NCBI RefSeq assembly: GCF_002105155.1
Contig: NW_019028979.1
Coordinates: 1,054,001-1,118,000 of the forward strand
Length of the DNA stretch: 64,000 nucleotides
Origin: Lobosporangium transversale
Taxonomy: Eukaryota
Direction of reading: 5' to 3'
A program made the translations under genes and the position numbers. The first letter of the stretch is position 1; the number at the start of each line of letters is the position of its first letter. The notes under the pieces were generated by a model. That model had not been told where the DNA came from, made no database searches, and saw nothing but the letters and a program-made list of their open reading frames with translations. Shown in pieces: positions 1 to 12,322 of this stretch.

Positions 1-948
1 AGAGTAAGCTAAAGAACCAGCAAGCGGCGACATGAGCCCAGAGCCAGTTCTTTTCTTCGACACCCGCCATCGTCAGCATTCCAATTTTGTCTGTTGGCTC
101 TTTCCCGTCCATTTGTACTCGTTTTGTAATGATGACATTAATAGGAATGAGGACACAACACCCTATAATTGCCATGACAATGAATACATTTCGACACATC
201 CGCAGAAACCGTATAAAGACTACAGCATCAAGTCCGATCTTGTCCATAAGAACTTCATCTGGACAACTCCATACTGGTTTCATCCATGAAAACCATCCTT
301 CCTCGAGTCTTGGTGCTCGTTTACTATTGATAAGCAAAGAAAAGGAAAGAGAAAAAAAAAAAAGATTTCCATAAGAGAAGTGGCGGTTAGTCGTTGTTTA
401 TAAATGAGGAGTGATAAACTACAATAATGAATGATGGTGAGCCCTTCTTTTTTCATTTCTTTTTTGTGAAACAATAAAGCGTATGGTTTTACAACATCTG
501 TGGGCAAATTTGCTTTCACTGCAGCTTTCAGTTGCTTACTTACTCTTGTGGCGAGGCTTTATATTTTCGTGCATAGATGACTATATTTTAACATAAGATC
601 ATTAGATCGAGAGAACGAAAGTTAGAACGGAGACTTTTTAATTGTCGGAGGAATTTGTTACAGTTCTAACCCCTCGTCCTTTTTTTCTTTTTTCTTTTTC
701 TTTTTCTTTTAAACGAACAGATTTATTCACTATTTTATTGGTTTGACGACTGCTGTTGTGGTAGTGGATGTATTATAAGTGTTAAAAAGAAAAAAGGGAA
801 AGTTACCTCCATTCTTGGGTCGAAGCCAGCAAAAAGCCCCAAGTGTGAGAAGTGAGAGACCAACATTAATGCCCAAGTTGGTAGCGAGAGCTGTTGGTTG
901 CAGCTCGTTGATGGCTGCAATTTTTTCCGCTTGACTGATACTCGTCAT
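1..948 (-). CDS. CSC1/OSCA/TMEM63 (Rsn1/Phm7-like) channel, 5' part; gene runs off the left edge
   Basis: Exons 948-808, 580-544 and 323-<1, joined by GT-AG introns, read MTSISQ...ALATNLGINVGLSLLTLGAFCWLRPKNG|VIYARKYKASPQD|KRAPRLEEGWFSWMKPVWSCPDEVLMDKIGLDAVVFIRFLRM. FCWLRP..VIYA and GLDAVVFIRFL are RSN1_TM hallmarks. Confidence 0.9.
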
Positions 949-3282
949 GTTGGATGTTCTTTATGGTTATTTCAGAACCCCTGTCTCTTTTTTATAAGGT
1001 GGTGTTTGTATATGTTCCAAGGGTTATCAAAGCTTTATAAAGCGAGAACAGAGTCGAGAAAACAAGAGTTGGGCCGAGTTGAGGTTGATAGGAGGGGAGT
1101 TGGTGAATGAATGAATTATATCGTCAAGTGTCGTCAAAAAGGTCAGTCAAAAGACAAGTGGGACATAGGAATATGTGTAGTGATAAGAGAAAGAAAATCT
1201 GATTGGAAAACTTGTTTTCTGTTCAGGAACGGTCTCACAAATATTTAAATATGAAACGATGCAAAGAGGAGGTTGTTTTGCAATGGAAGGGGGGGAGAGG
1301 ATGAATGAGGAGTTGATGAATGAGGAACGAAGAAGGAAAGGAAGGAAGGAAGGTAATGACAAAGAAAAAAAGGAAAAGGAAAAGAAAAAGAAAAAGAAAA
1401 AGAGAGACAAGGGCGTAGAAAAAGGGAAAAAAGAAAGAGTAGGGCCATTATAGCCGCCTGTTTTTATATTGCTTAGATGATATGTATCTCCTTTTGACCT
1501 ATTGACTTTAATTAGATCCTAATCTTATTTGTAACACTTTGATTGCACTCAAATAACTTCTTTTCCCATGTTCTCATGTTGAATATTACCGCTCATTTCA
1601 CAATTTTGTGAACAATAATTTAAACGGCATCAGTGACAACAGCATACGCATGTTGTAAACGGACAGCCCATTCAGATCTGCTAGGGAAAAACAAAACAGC
1701 GACAACAGGTACACAGTAGACTGACAATAAAAGAACGAATGAGAACAACTTTACATACTCACACTCGGATAGTATTTACTTTTTGGCTAGTATTACTTTG
1801 GACATGTCCTAAAATGGTCCGATTGCGTGTGTTGTAAAACACTAAACTAGAGTTAGGAAATAGTATCACACCATTACACAAGTGTTGATGCATGCTATGC
1901 TATGCTATGCTTGGACAATAAACCGTGACGCTGGGTGACGATGGTGACGAATCCATTATTTTGTTTTGTTTGTTTTATTTCATTCTATGCGATGAAACTA
2001 AAAAAAAAAAAAAAAAAAAAAAAAAAGCTTCCCAACTGGAGTACAAAATAGACTTGTCAAAAGAATTATGTCGCCGATGATGTCTGATGTTCGGGTGTTG
2101 GTATTTTTTATTTCCACATTTGCCTGCGTTACCTTGACCCCGTGGCACATTCTCCATCATTCTGTGAATCAATCCTGGGCGTATTTTATTTATTAGCGCG
2201 GGAAACTGAAAAGATAGAAAGCCAAGGTGGCTAAACACACACAAATCAGCTAAGCAAAAAAGTCCCGAGAAACATTTGCGTGCGCAAGGGCCGATTCCCT
2301 TTTTGATTGACTCCCTATTCAATTCGAAACACGGGGGTTATTTGAAAAATTTTATCCAAGATGTGGAGTGATTGTCTGCCCACATGTACACACCCTAATT
2401 ACTTAAACGGGAGACAGTTCGGGCGTTGAGGCTGGGGTGGAACAGTCGCCCATGAAGCAATTTTGGCAATATGAAGCAAAGAGAGATCATCTACAAAATC
2501 CTGAGACGTTAGGCAATAGAACTTGGAAACTTAGCTGAGAGAAGTGTCTATTTGAGAGCCTTCCTGAGCCTCGTTCAGCAGCGAATAGAGGGAATCACAT
2601 AGACAATGCTATTGGGTCGTGATGTGGTGCAGAATAGAGAAAAAATATTTAGGTTGTCCAATATTTCCGCCTGATTTTCGTTCACTTCGATAGTTTCTTC
2701 TACAAATGTCGAAGTAGCAGTCGAAGAGACCAAAAATACCGTCACAACCTTTAAATCAGAATCTCCATTGGCGCTTTCCCAATCTTTCTCTTCGATGGTT
2801 GTGTTACACAACTTCCGTTTATTCGATTAATAGCCAACCATTTCCACCCCTTCGAACAGACAATTTTTGCTCTATTCACTGTTGAACGAGGCTCTGGTGC
2901 ATACTGAGTGAATATAGAACATACCTCGAAAAAGAAAGTTTATTATTATTATTCTTTATATTGCACATGTGAGTAGCCCTAGATCCGTAAAACGAAAACT
3001 TCAATAGTTCATGGACAGATAAGCTAGTTCAATTAGCCATAAGGAAGATGTCGATTCCAAAGAACGAGGATCATAGTTTGTATATTATCAGTAAGCTTTA
3101 ACCATATCATGTAAGTACCAGTATTGGGTACTCCAGGGGGTAGGCAGCGTTGATACGACAAACTTGTAATTGTCAGATTTCTTTTGAGAGAGAACTTGCA
3201 CCAATGTTCTCCGCTCCGACTGCATCACCGCCGAGGTAGACTCGGTAATTATAGCATATGGTAGTATTTCAAGCGAGGAAAG

Positions 3283-4392
3283 ATGACTTCGAGGAAGCAT
3301 CTACAAGAATCATGGAGACATTCGTCCGGTTTCTTGAATGATGACGCGAACAAATATGCCTTTACAAATATCTCCACACTAAAGCTTCACAAGCTCAAGC
3401 TCAACATAACCAACCCTCCGCATTCGCACACAGTATCATATTGCCTTGGTGTGTTGACTAGGAGATGCCCAGAATTGCAGTCATTGAAATATTATGGATG
3501 TGACGAGGACGACGATGGAGTTGATGATATTGGCGGGAATAAGCTACCTTTGTACGATAGATTCTACAGGACAGCATTCCTTCAGCAACCCTGGGTATTC
3601 AAAAGGTTGTCCAGTCTATTCTTCCCCGCCACATATATAAAGGACGAAGATATGGCAGCAATTCTTAGGCAGATGACTATGCTAAAACAACTCACCATTT
3701 CGGAGCTTCTATTTATTTTTTCTGACCCTGCTGATGATTTGGATGATTTCGGTCAGCTCTCTATCCGGGAATTGCTAGCAGACAAACAAATGACATTGAA
3801 AAATGGGCACATGGTACAAGAGACAAGGTTCCGGAGGCTATGTGAGACAATCGAGGAAATAACGTTTGATGTATACGGCTTCAAGGCGGATGGTATTATG
3901 CAGACGATTTTATCCAATTGTCCATGCCTGAAACGACTGACAGGACCTAGAATCACGGTGACAGAAATTGTCAATGGTGCAGAATGGGTCAGCACCGAGT
4001 TGACTGACCTGAACATCTATCTCAAGGCTGACGTTGATCAAGAAACGCCGGAAGGCATGGAGAAGCAGCGCATTGTGTTTAGACAGCTAGGGAAATTGAC
4101 CCGATTACGCTCCCTTGATCTGGTAGCACAGCGGTGTAACACGGATGGTAGAACACAGACGCTGGACTTGACGCTAAGAGCGAGTTTAGATGAACAAGCT
4201 AATCTGAAGAATCTAGAGAAGTTAGCGTTCAAGTCCGATGCATCTCAACGGATGCAACTAGAGGATGCGACATGGATCGTGAACAATTGGCCAAAACTTA
4301 AAGAGTTGCAAGGCTCCATGAACAACTCAGTTGTATGCGATTCGATAGTTGCCGTACTTCGGTCGCGTGGATCCTTGTCGTTCCGATTATAG
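3283..4392 (+). CDS. RNI-like/LRR protein of a lineage-expanded F-box-LRR family; appears to lack the N-terminal F-box (probably 5'-truncated)
   Basis: 369-aa ORF with LRR-like units RRCPELQSL, ILSNCPCLKRL, LGKLTRLRSLDL, NLKNLEKLAF and NNWPKLKEL. No F-box could be found in frame upstream. Confidence 0.65.
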   Translation: MTSRKHLQESWRHSSGFLNDDANKYAFTNISTLKLHKLKLNITNPPHSHTVSYCLGVLTRRCPELQSLKYYGCDEDDDGVDDIGGNKLPLYDRFYRTAFLQQPWVFKRLSSLFFPATYIKDEDMAAILRQMTMLKQLTISELLFIFSDPADDLDDFGQLSIRELLADKQMTLKNGHMVQETRFRRLCETIEEITFDVYGFKADGIMQTILSNCPCLKRLTGPRITVTEIVNGAEWVSTELTDLNIYLKADVDQETPEGMEKQRIVFRQLGKLTRLRSLDLVAQRCNTDGRTQTLDLTLRASLDEQANLKNLEKLAFKSDASQRMQLEDATWIVNNWPKLKELQGSMNNSVVCDSIVAVLRSRGSLSFRL

Positions 4393-5039
4393 CAAGGCAG
4401 TTGTTTACAGTTCAAACGACACTTTTTTTCTGGCCGTATCCTTCATATCAATATATGTATATCAAGAGATTGTTAATTTATTTAATGTAAATTGCTTACC
4501 ATCGAAGATGACTACGATGGTATTGACAACAGTAAGTTCCTTTCCAGCTTTTCATTTAAGAATGGGGTATTCGATCACCCATGTTGTCTTGTCTGCCTTA
4601 GTTCATGATTCGAACTGTTCTTAAAATTGATCAAACATAACCGGGGAGAATCACTAATTTTGAATAAAGCGCTTGCAGTTTGTCTATCCAAGCAAAAATG
4701 TAGCATACTAGTCGCTCTAGTATTGACATTGCTTGGAGTGTTGAACTGTGAGTTCTTGTATATCAAAATGCTCTGTTGCTATACAGCATCATCAGTTCCG
4801 GCATTATAAAGATCAGTGTGTAGATCAGAACAGAGCAGCACTTAAGTTTAATTGTGGTATGGCTCATACGCTTTTGCATCTAAAAGGAATGTTTGTTGCT
4901 TGGCCTGATTGCCCGGGTTGCATGCCCTTGTGCTAATTTTCATTGCAATCTAAAAAAAAAAAAAAAAAAAAAAAAATGATGGCAAAGCTTCATGTAAAAA
5001 TATTTGGCGTAGCAGAAGATTTTTCCACATTGTGATCAC

Positions 5040-6010
5040 CTTTAAATTACATCTCTTGGATTGTCCTAAAACCGTTTCACTTGTTGATAACTTCCCTGGT
5101 CAAACAGACCTCACGTTGCGTCTGCATCTCAAGGGCTTCTTGTCATGCACTTGTTAGGAACATTTAGAAAAATATCGCTATTATGAGTCAAAGAGGCAAA
5201 CTTCGCAATCCTACTGAGAAGGTATTACAGAACAACAAGGGATATATTGAGATTATATTTCAGAGCACTGCTCCGGAGGAGTTCAAGTCGTTACGGGGGT
5301 GTGGTCGTCTCCGTGACATCGAATACAAAGTAGATCAACCTTCTCAGACCTCATTAAGGCCCATAGCTCTGCAATCACGAAGTTCCGCCATGGAAATACT
5401 CTAACTCCATAGGAGATTTGAGAAGCACTTTTGGAATGCAGCAATCTCAATTTCCTGGAGGCCGCATCCATGTAAGTAAGCAGTGATGAAGTCGATCTTT
5501 TTCTTCAAATATGCAAGGAAGCTAAGAGGATGAGCTTGAATAACGTACCCTTTCCCCCAGCTACTTTTCAACTTCCTGAGCAATGGCCCTATTTTGTTCA
5601 TATAAACGCATTTGCCTGTGCAGCGTTGTGATACTTGCCTCCGCATCCGTACACACCATCCTATTGTGTCGGTATCTTTATTAGGAGATGTTCAGAATTT
5701 TGCACACTAAGGCTTGATGGGTATAACAGGCAATAATATTGAACAACCGGTGTGTGATGAGTTTTACGGGACAGTTTTCCTTTAGTATCCTTGGATACTG
5801 ACGGAGCTATCGTATCTATCAATCGCAAAAATGAATATAAAGGATGGGAAATTGATCGAACTTCTTAAACAGGTAACCAGGCTCCACCGTCTAAAGGTCA
5901 CATGTTGTGATTTCGTTCGGCTCTCCTTGCGAGGCTGTTAGCAGGTGGGCAGGGAGTTTTGTATAAAGGATCATCAATACAAAAGAACTTCCTTGGTCAT
6001 ACCTATAAAA
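5040..6010 (+). pseudogene. Degraded paralog of the same F-box/LRR family
   Basis: F-box-like relic KLHLLDCPKTVSLV, then a frameshift to CISRASCHALVRNI*KNIAI (TAG 5165-5167 where Trp is expected). Near 5800-5940, LSYLSIAKMNIKDGKLIELLKQVTRLHRLKVTCCDFVRLSLR aligns with LSSLFFPATYIKDEDMAAILRQMTMLKQL...DFGQLSIR of the 3283 ORF. Multiple stops and frameshifts. Confidence 0.7.
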
Positions 6011-6914
6011 AATTGGGAAAAGAGATCATATAGCACGAGAGATGTGAAGCAGTTGTTTCGCTCAACACAAAACACCCTATGTTGCCATGCAGTTTGTAGA
6101 AGCTTTCTTTTATTCGTTAATTAGACACGATGCATTAATCAGATGTAGCCTTCTATGACTAGCTTTCCTCCCAACTGGAAGGTTAATTCGGAAAAATTAA
6201 GTTGAACAAACTGAACTTTATTTTTACGTGTATCGTTGCACTCAATATCCTACCATTGGTCATTACTATCCGGGTGGCACTCTACTAAATTGTAATTTTG
6301 TTCACTCTTTGTAAAGGTACTGCTTGATCTGTTCATAACTTTGGGGTGTCATTTGCCGAGACATGCAATGCACACAGAGTTTATTATTCCTGTCTATACA
6401 TGCTTGGTGGAAGGCAAGTTGAGGATGGCTTTGTGGATTGTGGGAGCCATCCATATCAAGAGGTCATCTCGAGAGATGTCCCACTTGACACGGCTCCACT
6501 ACATATCACCTTTAATATTATGAGCAATTCACACTTGACACAATTTTGTCGGGTATCCTATTGGGAGGAAAAAAGGAAATATGGCAGAAGGTACTAAAGA
6601 GGGTCGATTGTCCGAAAATTCACGGGCATAAACAGATCAAAGATTCATTATCTAGTCTATGCAATGGATTAAACTCAAGATATAGTAACTTGGGCTCTTC
6701 TACGCTTATTTGCCACTAACAAAGCGTCAAGGTATCTTCTAACTCTTCTTTCTTTGCAATGTCGTCATCATATGTCCTGTAGCGATGTAGAAAAGGAAGT
6801 AGAATATCGAACACATTGTCTTTCATTCCTCTCTCGTTTGTATTGGCCATAATATGGAACACCCATATTTGCTTAATTTGTGAATACCTTGGTCATGCGG
6901 TGGCTTGAGAAAAA

Positions 6915-6949
<35 letters not shown>

Positions 6950-7260
6950 AAACGGTACAAGGCTTCGCCCGCCATTTCGATGATTCCGCCATATTTCGAC
7001 ATTGTCGGTCGACTAGTCAGTAGCAACTCACATCCCATTATTCTTCAAAAAAAGAAAAGAAAAAAAAACTGCTGAAGAAGTTTTAATGACCTATATCCCG
7101 GAAAGTTAATCGGAGTAAATGGCCAAACATGCCTAGTATCATGGCTGCGAGTATATGATAAGCATCTAACAAAATAACCACAATACAACAATCATCCTTT
7201 GTTTTATTATGACGCGAATTGAACTGTTTGCTCACAAGTATCCGGCTGCAGTACAAATGT

Positions 7261-8019
7261 TTAAAATCCACTTCCTCCCATGTTCTGGGATTCGCGCTGG
7301 ACACGGCTAATGTAGGTACGTGACACAATGTTCCATGCCTCCATATAACGATCCATGCAGTTGGACAAACAGTTCTAAAAGAGAATTTTATTCATCCGTT
7401 ATACAAAAAAGGCATGGTCAACTCATGGTTCATGTAAAATAAAAAAGAAAAAAAGGAATAGAACCAATGCAACCATTCACACATAAAAATAAGCCCTCAA
7501 CATGCTCATATTCTAATAAATCGGCAATGAACTGCACGAAGACCTTGTAAAAAAAGAAAGAAAGGGGAAGAAATGTGATGATTGCTTTTATCAGATAAAG
7601 CTTCTACTAACCTGTTCACTGTTGTCAAGCTTAGTGCTGGGCTTGAGTACGCACCTTGCAAAGCACTTTTCATTGATTTTCTATTGAGAAAAAGATTAAA
7701 GGAAGGTGGCCAATAGTTTAGTCAGAGTTAGAGATAAAGTTGACGAAGCATTATGCGTGAAAAAAGGCAAAAAAAAAATACATACGTTAATGAGTTCCTG
7801 AGCATTGGCAAGCGCGAGTTCGCTGCGGACCTGGTCCATTACTTGCTGCTTCTTAGCGTCCTACGGTTGTGGTTCAGTATTTTAGAAGTTGAGCAAATTG
7901 TTAAGTGACCTCATTTGACATGACATTTATGAACAATAAAAAAAGGCGAATCCCGTCTCAAACAATAAAGAAAATAAACGTACCATAGAACCTCCACCGT
8001 AGCTGCCAAAATCAGACAT
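7261..8019 (-). CDS. TIM13: Small Tim mitochondrial intermembrane-space chaperone Tim13 (97 aa, 4 exons)
   Basis: Exons 8019-7984, 7860-7786, 7680-7612 and 7374-7261 (all phase-0 GT-AG) give [97 protein letters not shown]. It has the twin CX3C motif and the Tim13-typical [11 protein letters not shown] and [15 protein letters not shown]. Confidence 0.95.
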
Positions 8020-8310
8020 GATTGTAAAGCAAATTCAAAGAAAAGTAAGAAAAGAGAAAGATCAAGGGCGTATTGATCGTTCAAGAGAGAGGTTGATCAG
8101 AATTTGAGCGGGAGCATCAAAAAAGGTCATTTTGCCTTGGATACCCACGTGACACAACCTCATCCAGACATGCAACACTTTTTTGTTTCACAATCTTATT
8201 TTGCATCATCAGATGGTTGTAAAGGACAACGCAGGAGAGGGAAAGAAGTCTTACAGGACAGAGCAGGCACAGGATAAGCTTCTTGATAATACATTAGAAG
8301 AATCACAACT
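8020..8310. promoter_or_regulatory. Short divergent promoter region shared by TIM13 and SEC10, with an E-box CACGTGAC at 8146-8153
   Basis: The two start codons face away from each other, 291 bp apart. CACGTGAC is the reverse complement of GTCACGTG, a bHLH/Cbf1-type site. Function is inferred only. Confidence 0.5.
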
Positions 8311-8887
8311 ATGGGGCCTCCTCCACGTATGCCTCGGCCATACGAGCTGGACCCGGACGTAAAGGCTACGCTTCGTGTCGAGTCATTCCAGGTAACGGAG
8401 AGTATATGAGACGATAATACTACGCTACCAGGTCGAGAAACAAAAATAGAAAGAAAAACAAAGAAGAAAAATGGCGTTCAGCTGACTCAACATATCTGCC
8501 TTCCATTCGTTTATTTTCTTCATCTTTGGAATAGGGTGTATTCAGTCCCAAGGTGTTTATTGAAAAGCTATCTAGTGGAATCATTACCACACGTATTAAA
8601 GAAAACTCGAATACATTCGACCCAAAGCCTTTTATTCGAACATTTGAAAGCTCACTCGAGGAACTGGAAAAATTAACCAGCAAGATGCAGAAACATACTA
8701 TTGAGCTGGAACGTGAAACACAGAAAGAAGAGCTGGTATTCAAAAAGCAGGTCAAAGAACTTGGACTCGGATTTGAGGTAAATGGATCAAGATTGAAAAA
8801 AAAAAAAAAAAAAAAAAAAAGTCGGTTCCGGCATTACCTCTATAACAGTTAGAAACCGATTAATATTTATGTGTCTTACTGGCTGAA

Positions 8888-8920
<33 letters not shown>

Positions 8921-11269
8921 GAAACCGTAGGATGTTCAAGCTACTTTAGAAAGCCTAGATTCTCGGATTAGTGAAGTGGGAAGTACAGCTATCAGGATTG
9001 GTATGTCGGAACTAGGGAACATATTATAAGCAAGAATAACAGAGAAGCATGTTCGCAAAGGATGATGAAACTTAAAATATTCACGTCTTTTTTATATTTA
9101 TATATATGTATATATGATAGGTGAGAAACTGGAAACAGCAGATAAGCAACGAGCAAGAGCGGTACTGTCGAAAAAGCTGATGGAATACTTTATGCAGTTT
9201 AATGAGGGTCGGTGTCCGACTCTGGAATCTCTCATGACACAACAGGGCTTGGAAGGACAGATTGAGGCTGCTAGAATTCTTCGACAACTGGCAATTCTAG
9301 CCAAAGAAGTGGACCTCCCAGACACACAGCTGGTACTGGCCCATAATTACTTTGTGGTTTTGAATTATAGCAATGTGCATCAGATAAGGAGATACCTAAC
9401 CTGACTAACCTTGCTTTACTACCACAGGCACGTGAAGGGATTGAAAAGTTTAGGGAACAGTTTGAAACAGATATGCTTTCTTCATTCGACAAGGCTTACA
9501 AGCACGCGGACCCTAGAGTTATGGCGGTAAGGATGCTTTGGACAAAAGCTTACATTTGTTTAAATACAAAAACCGCCATTATCATCATCAACCGAGCTTT
9601 ATCTGACGAGAATCCATTTTGATACATATAGCATTGTGCCAAGGCTTTGCTAGAATTCAATGGAGGGCATTCATGTGTTCAGATATATGTCAATCAACAT
9701 GATTTTTTCATGTTACACTCCAAAGTCAACGAATCCTCTCCTTTGGAAAGTCCAGATCAGTAAGAATAGCTGCTTTTGCGGTCCTCGCCATCAAATCGGC
9801 TGACTTTATGTTATTATCGACGTCATTTATGTTATTATCGACGTCATTTTTGTTTTTTAGTCCGCACTCTAACAGCTCCCTATTTGAAAATATAGAGAAA
9901 ATATCACGGACCCAGTGGCCCCTATTCCACCAATTGATGCCGGACTGATTAAGTTATATGAAGATATTCGTACTACAGTTGAACAGGAGGCTGAAATCAT
10001 TTCTATGGTTTTCCCTAACCCGGCTGCGGTCTTTCAAGTATTCATCCAGCGTGTTTTCGGTCAATCTGTAAGCATATTTTTTGATCTAAAATTCTTGGAC
10101 TTCAAGTTTGTTCGGATGCATTTTTTTCTGTTGCTTATCTAATCTCTCACCACCCCACATTTTAGATCCAACAATTTATTGAAACATTGCTGGAGCGAGC
10201 ACAGGCGAAATCTACACTTGCATACCTCCGTACACTTTCTTCCATTCATGAGCACACAGTAACGCTGGTTGAAGACTTAAAGAAGTGTGAAGATACTCTC
10301 AAGGTTGGCATTAATGCCAATGTCAAGGGTTCCAATGTGTCCATGACGACTCAACCACTTGCACAGACTTTAGACCGTTGTCTTGATGATCTCTTTGTCC
10401 CTTACCTCGAAGGGGACCGATATCTGGAGAAGGAACTACAGTCTCTCTGTGAGATCTATGATTCGATGTTGGCTAAATTCACAGCTTATCAGGTAATGAT
10501 AAGGATATGCATTTCGCATCTTTCTTAATACCTCTGTTGACCTTATCATTGCTAAATAAATGAGCTATTTATTTTCTTAATTCAATCTTGATTAGCTGCA
10601 ACGCCGTGGCGGCAACAAGTTCAGGGCGATCATTACACGTACGTTCAATCAAATCATTGATTCATCGAACAGTCGCCAGTCACTACCTCCGGTCGTGCAA
10701 GAGAATTTTGCAACAGTAAAGAACCCTGAAAAGTATCAGAACATGCAGGTTACGGAGGACGATGGAAAGCTTGTAGTCGAAGTAGTCATCAAGATGCTCA
10801 AGATCCATGCAGAAAGTGTTGTCAGGAGTGTGGGATTGTTACCCGTCTCGGGAAGGTAAAGGCTCAAAAACTTGCTGATCTGACTGACACTATATCCGAA
10901 AATGGACAGATTTGTATTGATATGAATGCATGCACTCACACTCTCTGTTTTTAATTGTTAGGCCAAAAAACACTGCAATTTTATTTCAACTTCTGAACGA
11001 CTATATTGGGATGCGTTACGTGGATGCAGCGCTAGATTCGTAAGTACAGATTTTTCTCCGAAACGGGCGGTTGTTATACAGAGGGAGAGAAAATGCATAG
11101 TGAACTGATAAATGCCCTGTTTTTATTCAATCCATAATAGAGCTCTTGATGACTTGTCCGCGGCAGATCCAAAGTTGCCACCTGATATGAAACCTATCAG
11201 ACGTGTCAAACTTGTAGGTGGCATTGTTCATCTGCTCCAGATGCACTTCCAAACCACTATTGTAAGTTG

Positions 11270-11306
<37 letters not shown>

Positions 11307-12322
11307 CGGGAAGCCGCAATAATCTTTTACTCTTCTCCCTAACTACATTATTTGCTCCATCATACTAGCTGCCATTGACTGTGCCTTCACCACAAGTATA
11401 TCGCGAGACAGTCATCCAAAAGAACAAGCTAATGGGAAATGTAGAAGCCAAGGCTAACGCAACATTACAAAAGGAGATCGATGTGATTCTAGTTTGGCTG
11501 GAAACATGCTTGAGTCGTCAACGCCGTGTAGACTTTAAGCCGAAGGATGATGAAATCGACCTGACAGGTCTAGCGACGAAACCGTGTATGGACTGCTGCG
11601 AGTTCCTGAGACGCATGTATGAAGCGATCCGCAAGAATATTGATGGCAAAAACATTGAGATGTTCCTCATGGAGGTTGGAATAGCGTTTCACGGGTATGG
11701 TTATTTTATTCAAGTTTTGTGCGCGCATGCCTGATAATGCATTCATGTAGCAAATGACTTATAAAGATATGTCATTATTTTTTAACTAGGATGCTTTTGG
11801 AGCACTTCAAGAAGTTCTCGATTAGTCCTGTTGGAGGAGTACTACTTACAAAGTAAGTCTCATAGGTTTATTAGAGTTACCAAACCCAAGCTTTCTTTTA
11901 TGTCACAAAACTAGGACTAAATATTCACCTTCTTATGAAATGATGTTCTAAAAAAAAAAAAAAAAAAAAAAAGAGATATTGCAAAATACCAAGAGTCTAT
12001 AAAAGTATGGAACATCCCGTCGTTGAATGAGCGGTTTGAGATGCTTCGTCAACTAGGCAACGTCTTCTTGGTGAAGCCAGAAATTTTACCTTCAGTGCTG
12101 AGTGAAGGCTACCTGGCTAAGGTAGACTTTAGGTCATTGTACCCATATCTACAGATGCGTGTTGACTTCAAGACCTCGAAGATTGATAAACTGTTTGAAA
12201 AACTGAACATGACCACTGAAACCGGTCCATCCAATGGCGGAAGTACGGGAGGAACAGCCAGCAGGATTGCTGCGTTAGAAGATTTGACAGGCGCCAAGTT
12301 TTTGAGCTATACCCTTCGCTGA
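8311..12322 (+). CDS. SEC10: Exocyst complex component Sec10/EXOC5 (14 exons)
   Basis: Phase-consistent exons 8311-8391, 8535-8777, 8931-9000, 9121-9332, 9428-9526, 9632-9759, 9896-10067, 10166-10492, 10596-10855, 10962-11039, 11141-11261, 11369-11694, 11790-11852, 11974-12322. Motifs FDPKPFIRTFE, TAIRIGEKLE, FNGGHSCVQIYVNQHDFF, VFPNPAAVFQVFIQRVF, QRRVDFKPKDD, LLEHFKKF..GG.LLTKDIAKYQ, FEMLRQLGNVFLVKPE. Confidence 0.95.
9805..9846. repeat. Perfect 21-bp tandem duplication in a SEC10 intron
   Basis: tttatgttattatcgacgtca occurs at 9805-9825 and again at 9826-9846. Confidence 0.9.

Noticed and set aside
2329..2342. Short match (cacgggggttatt) to the right end of the MITE-like element
   Set aside because: Only about 13 bp with no flanking similarity; may be chance.
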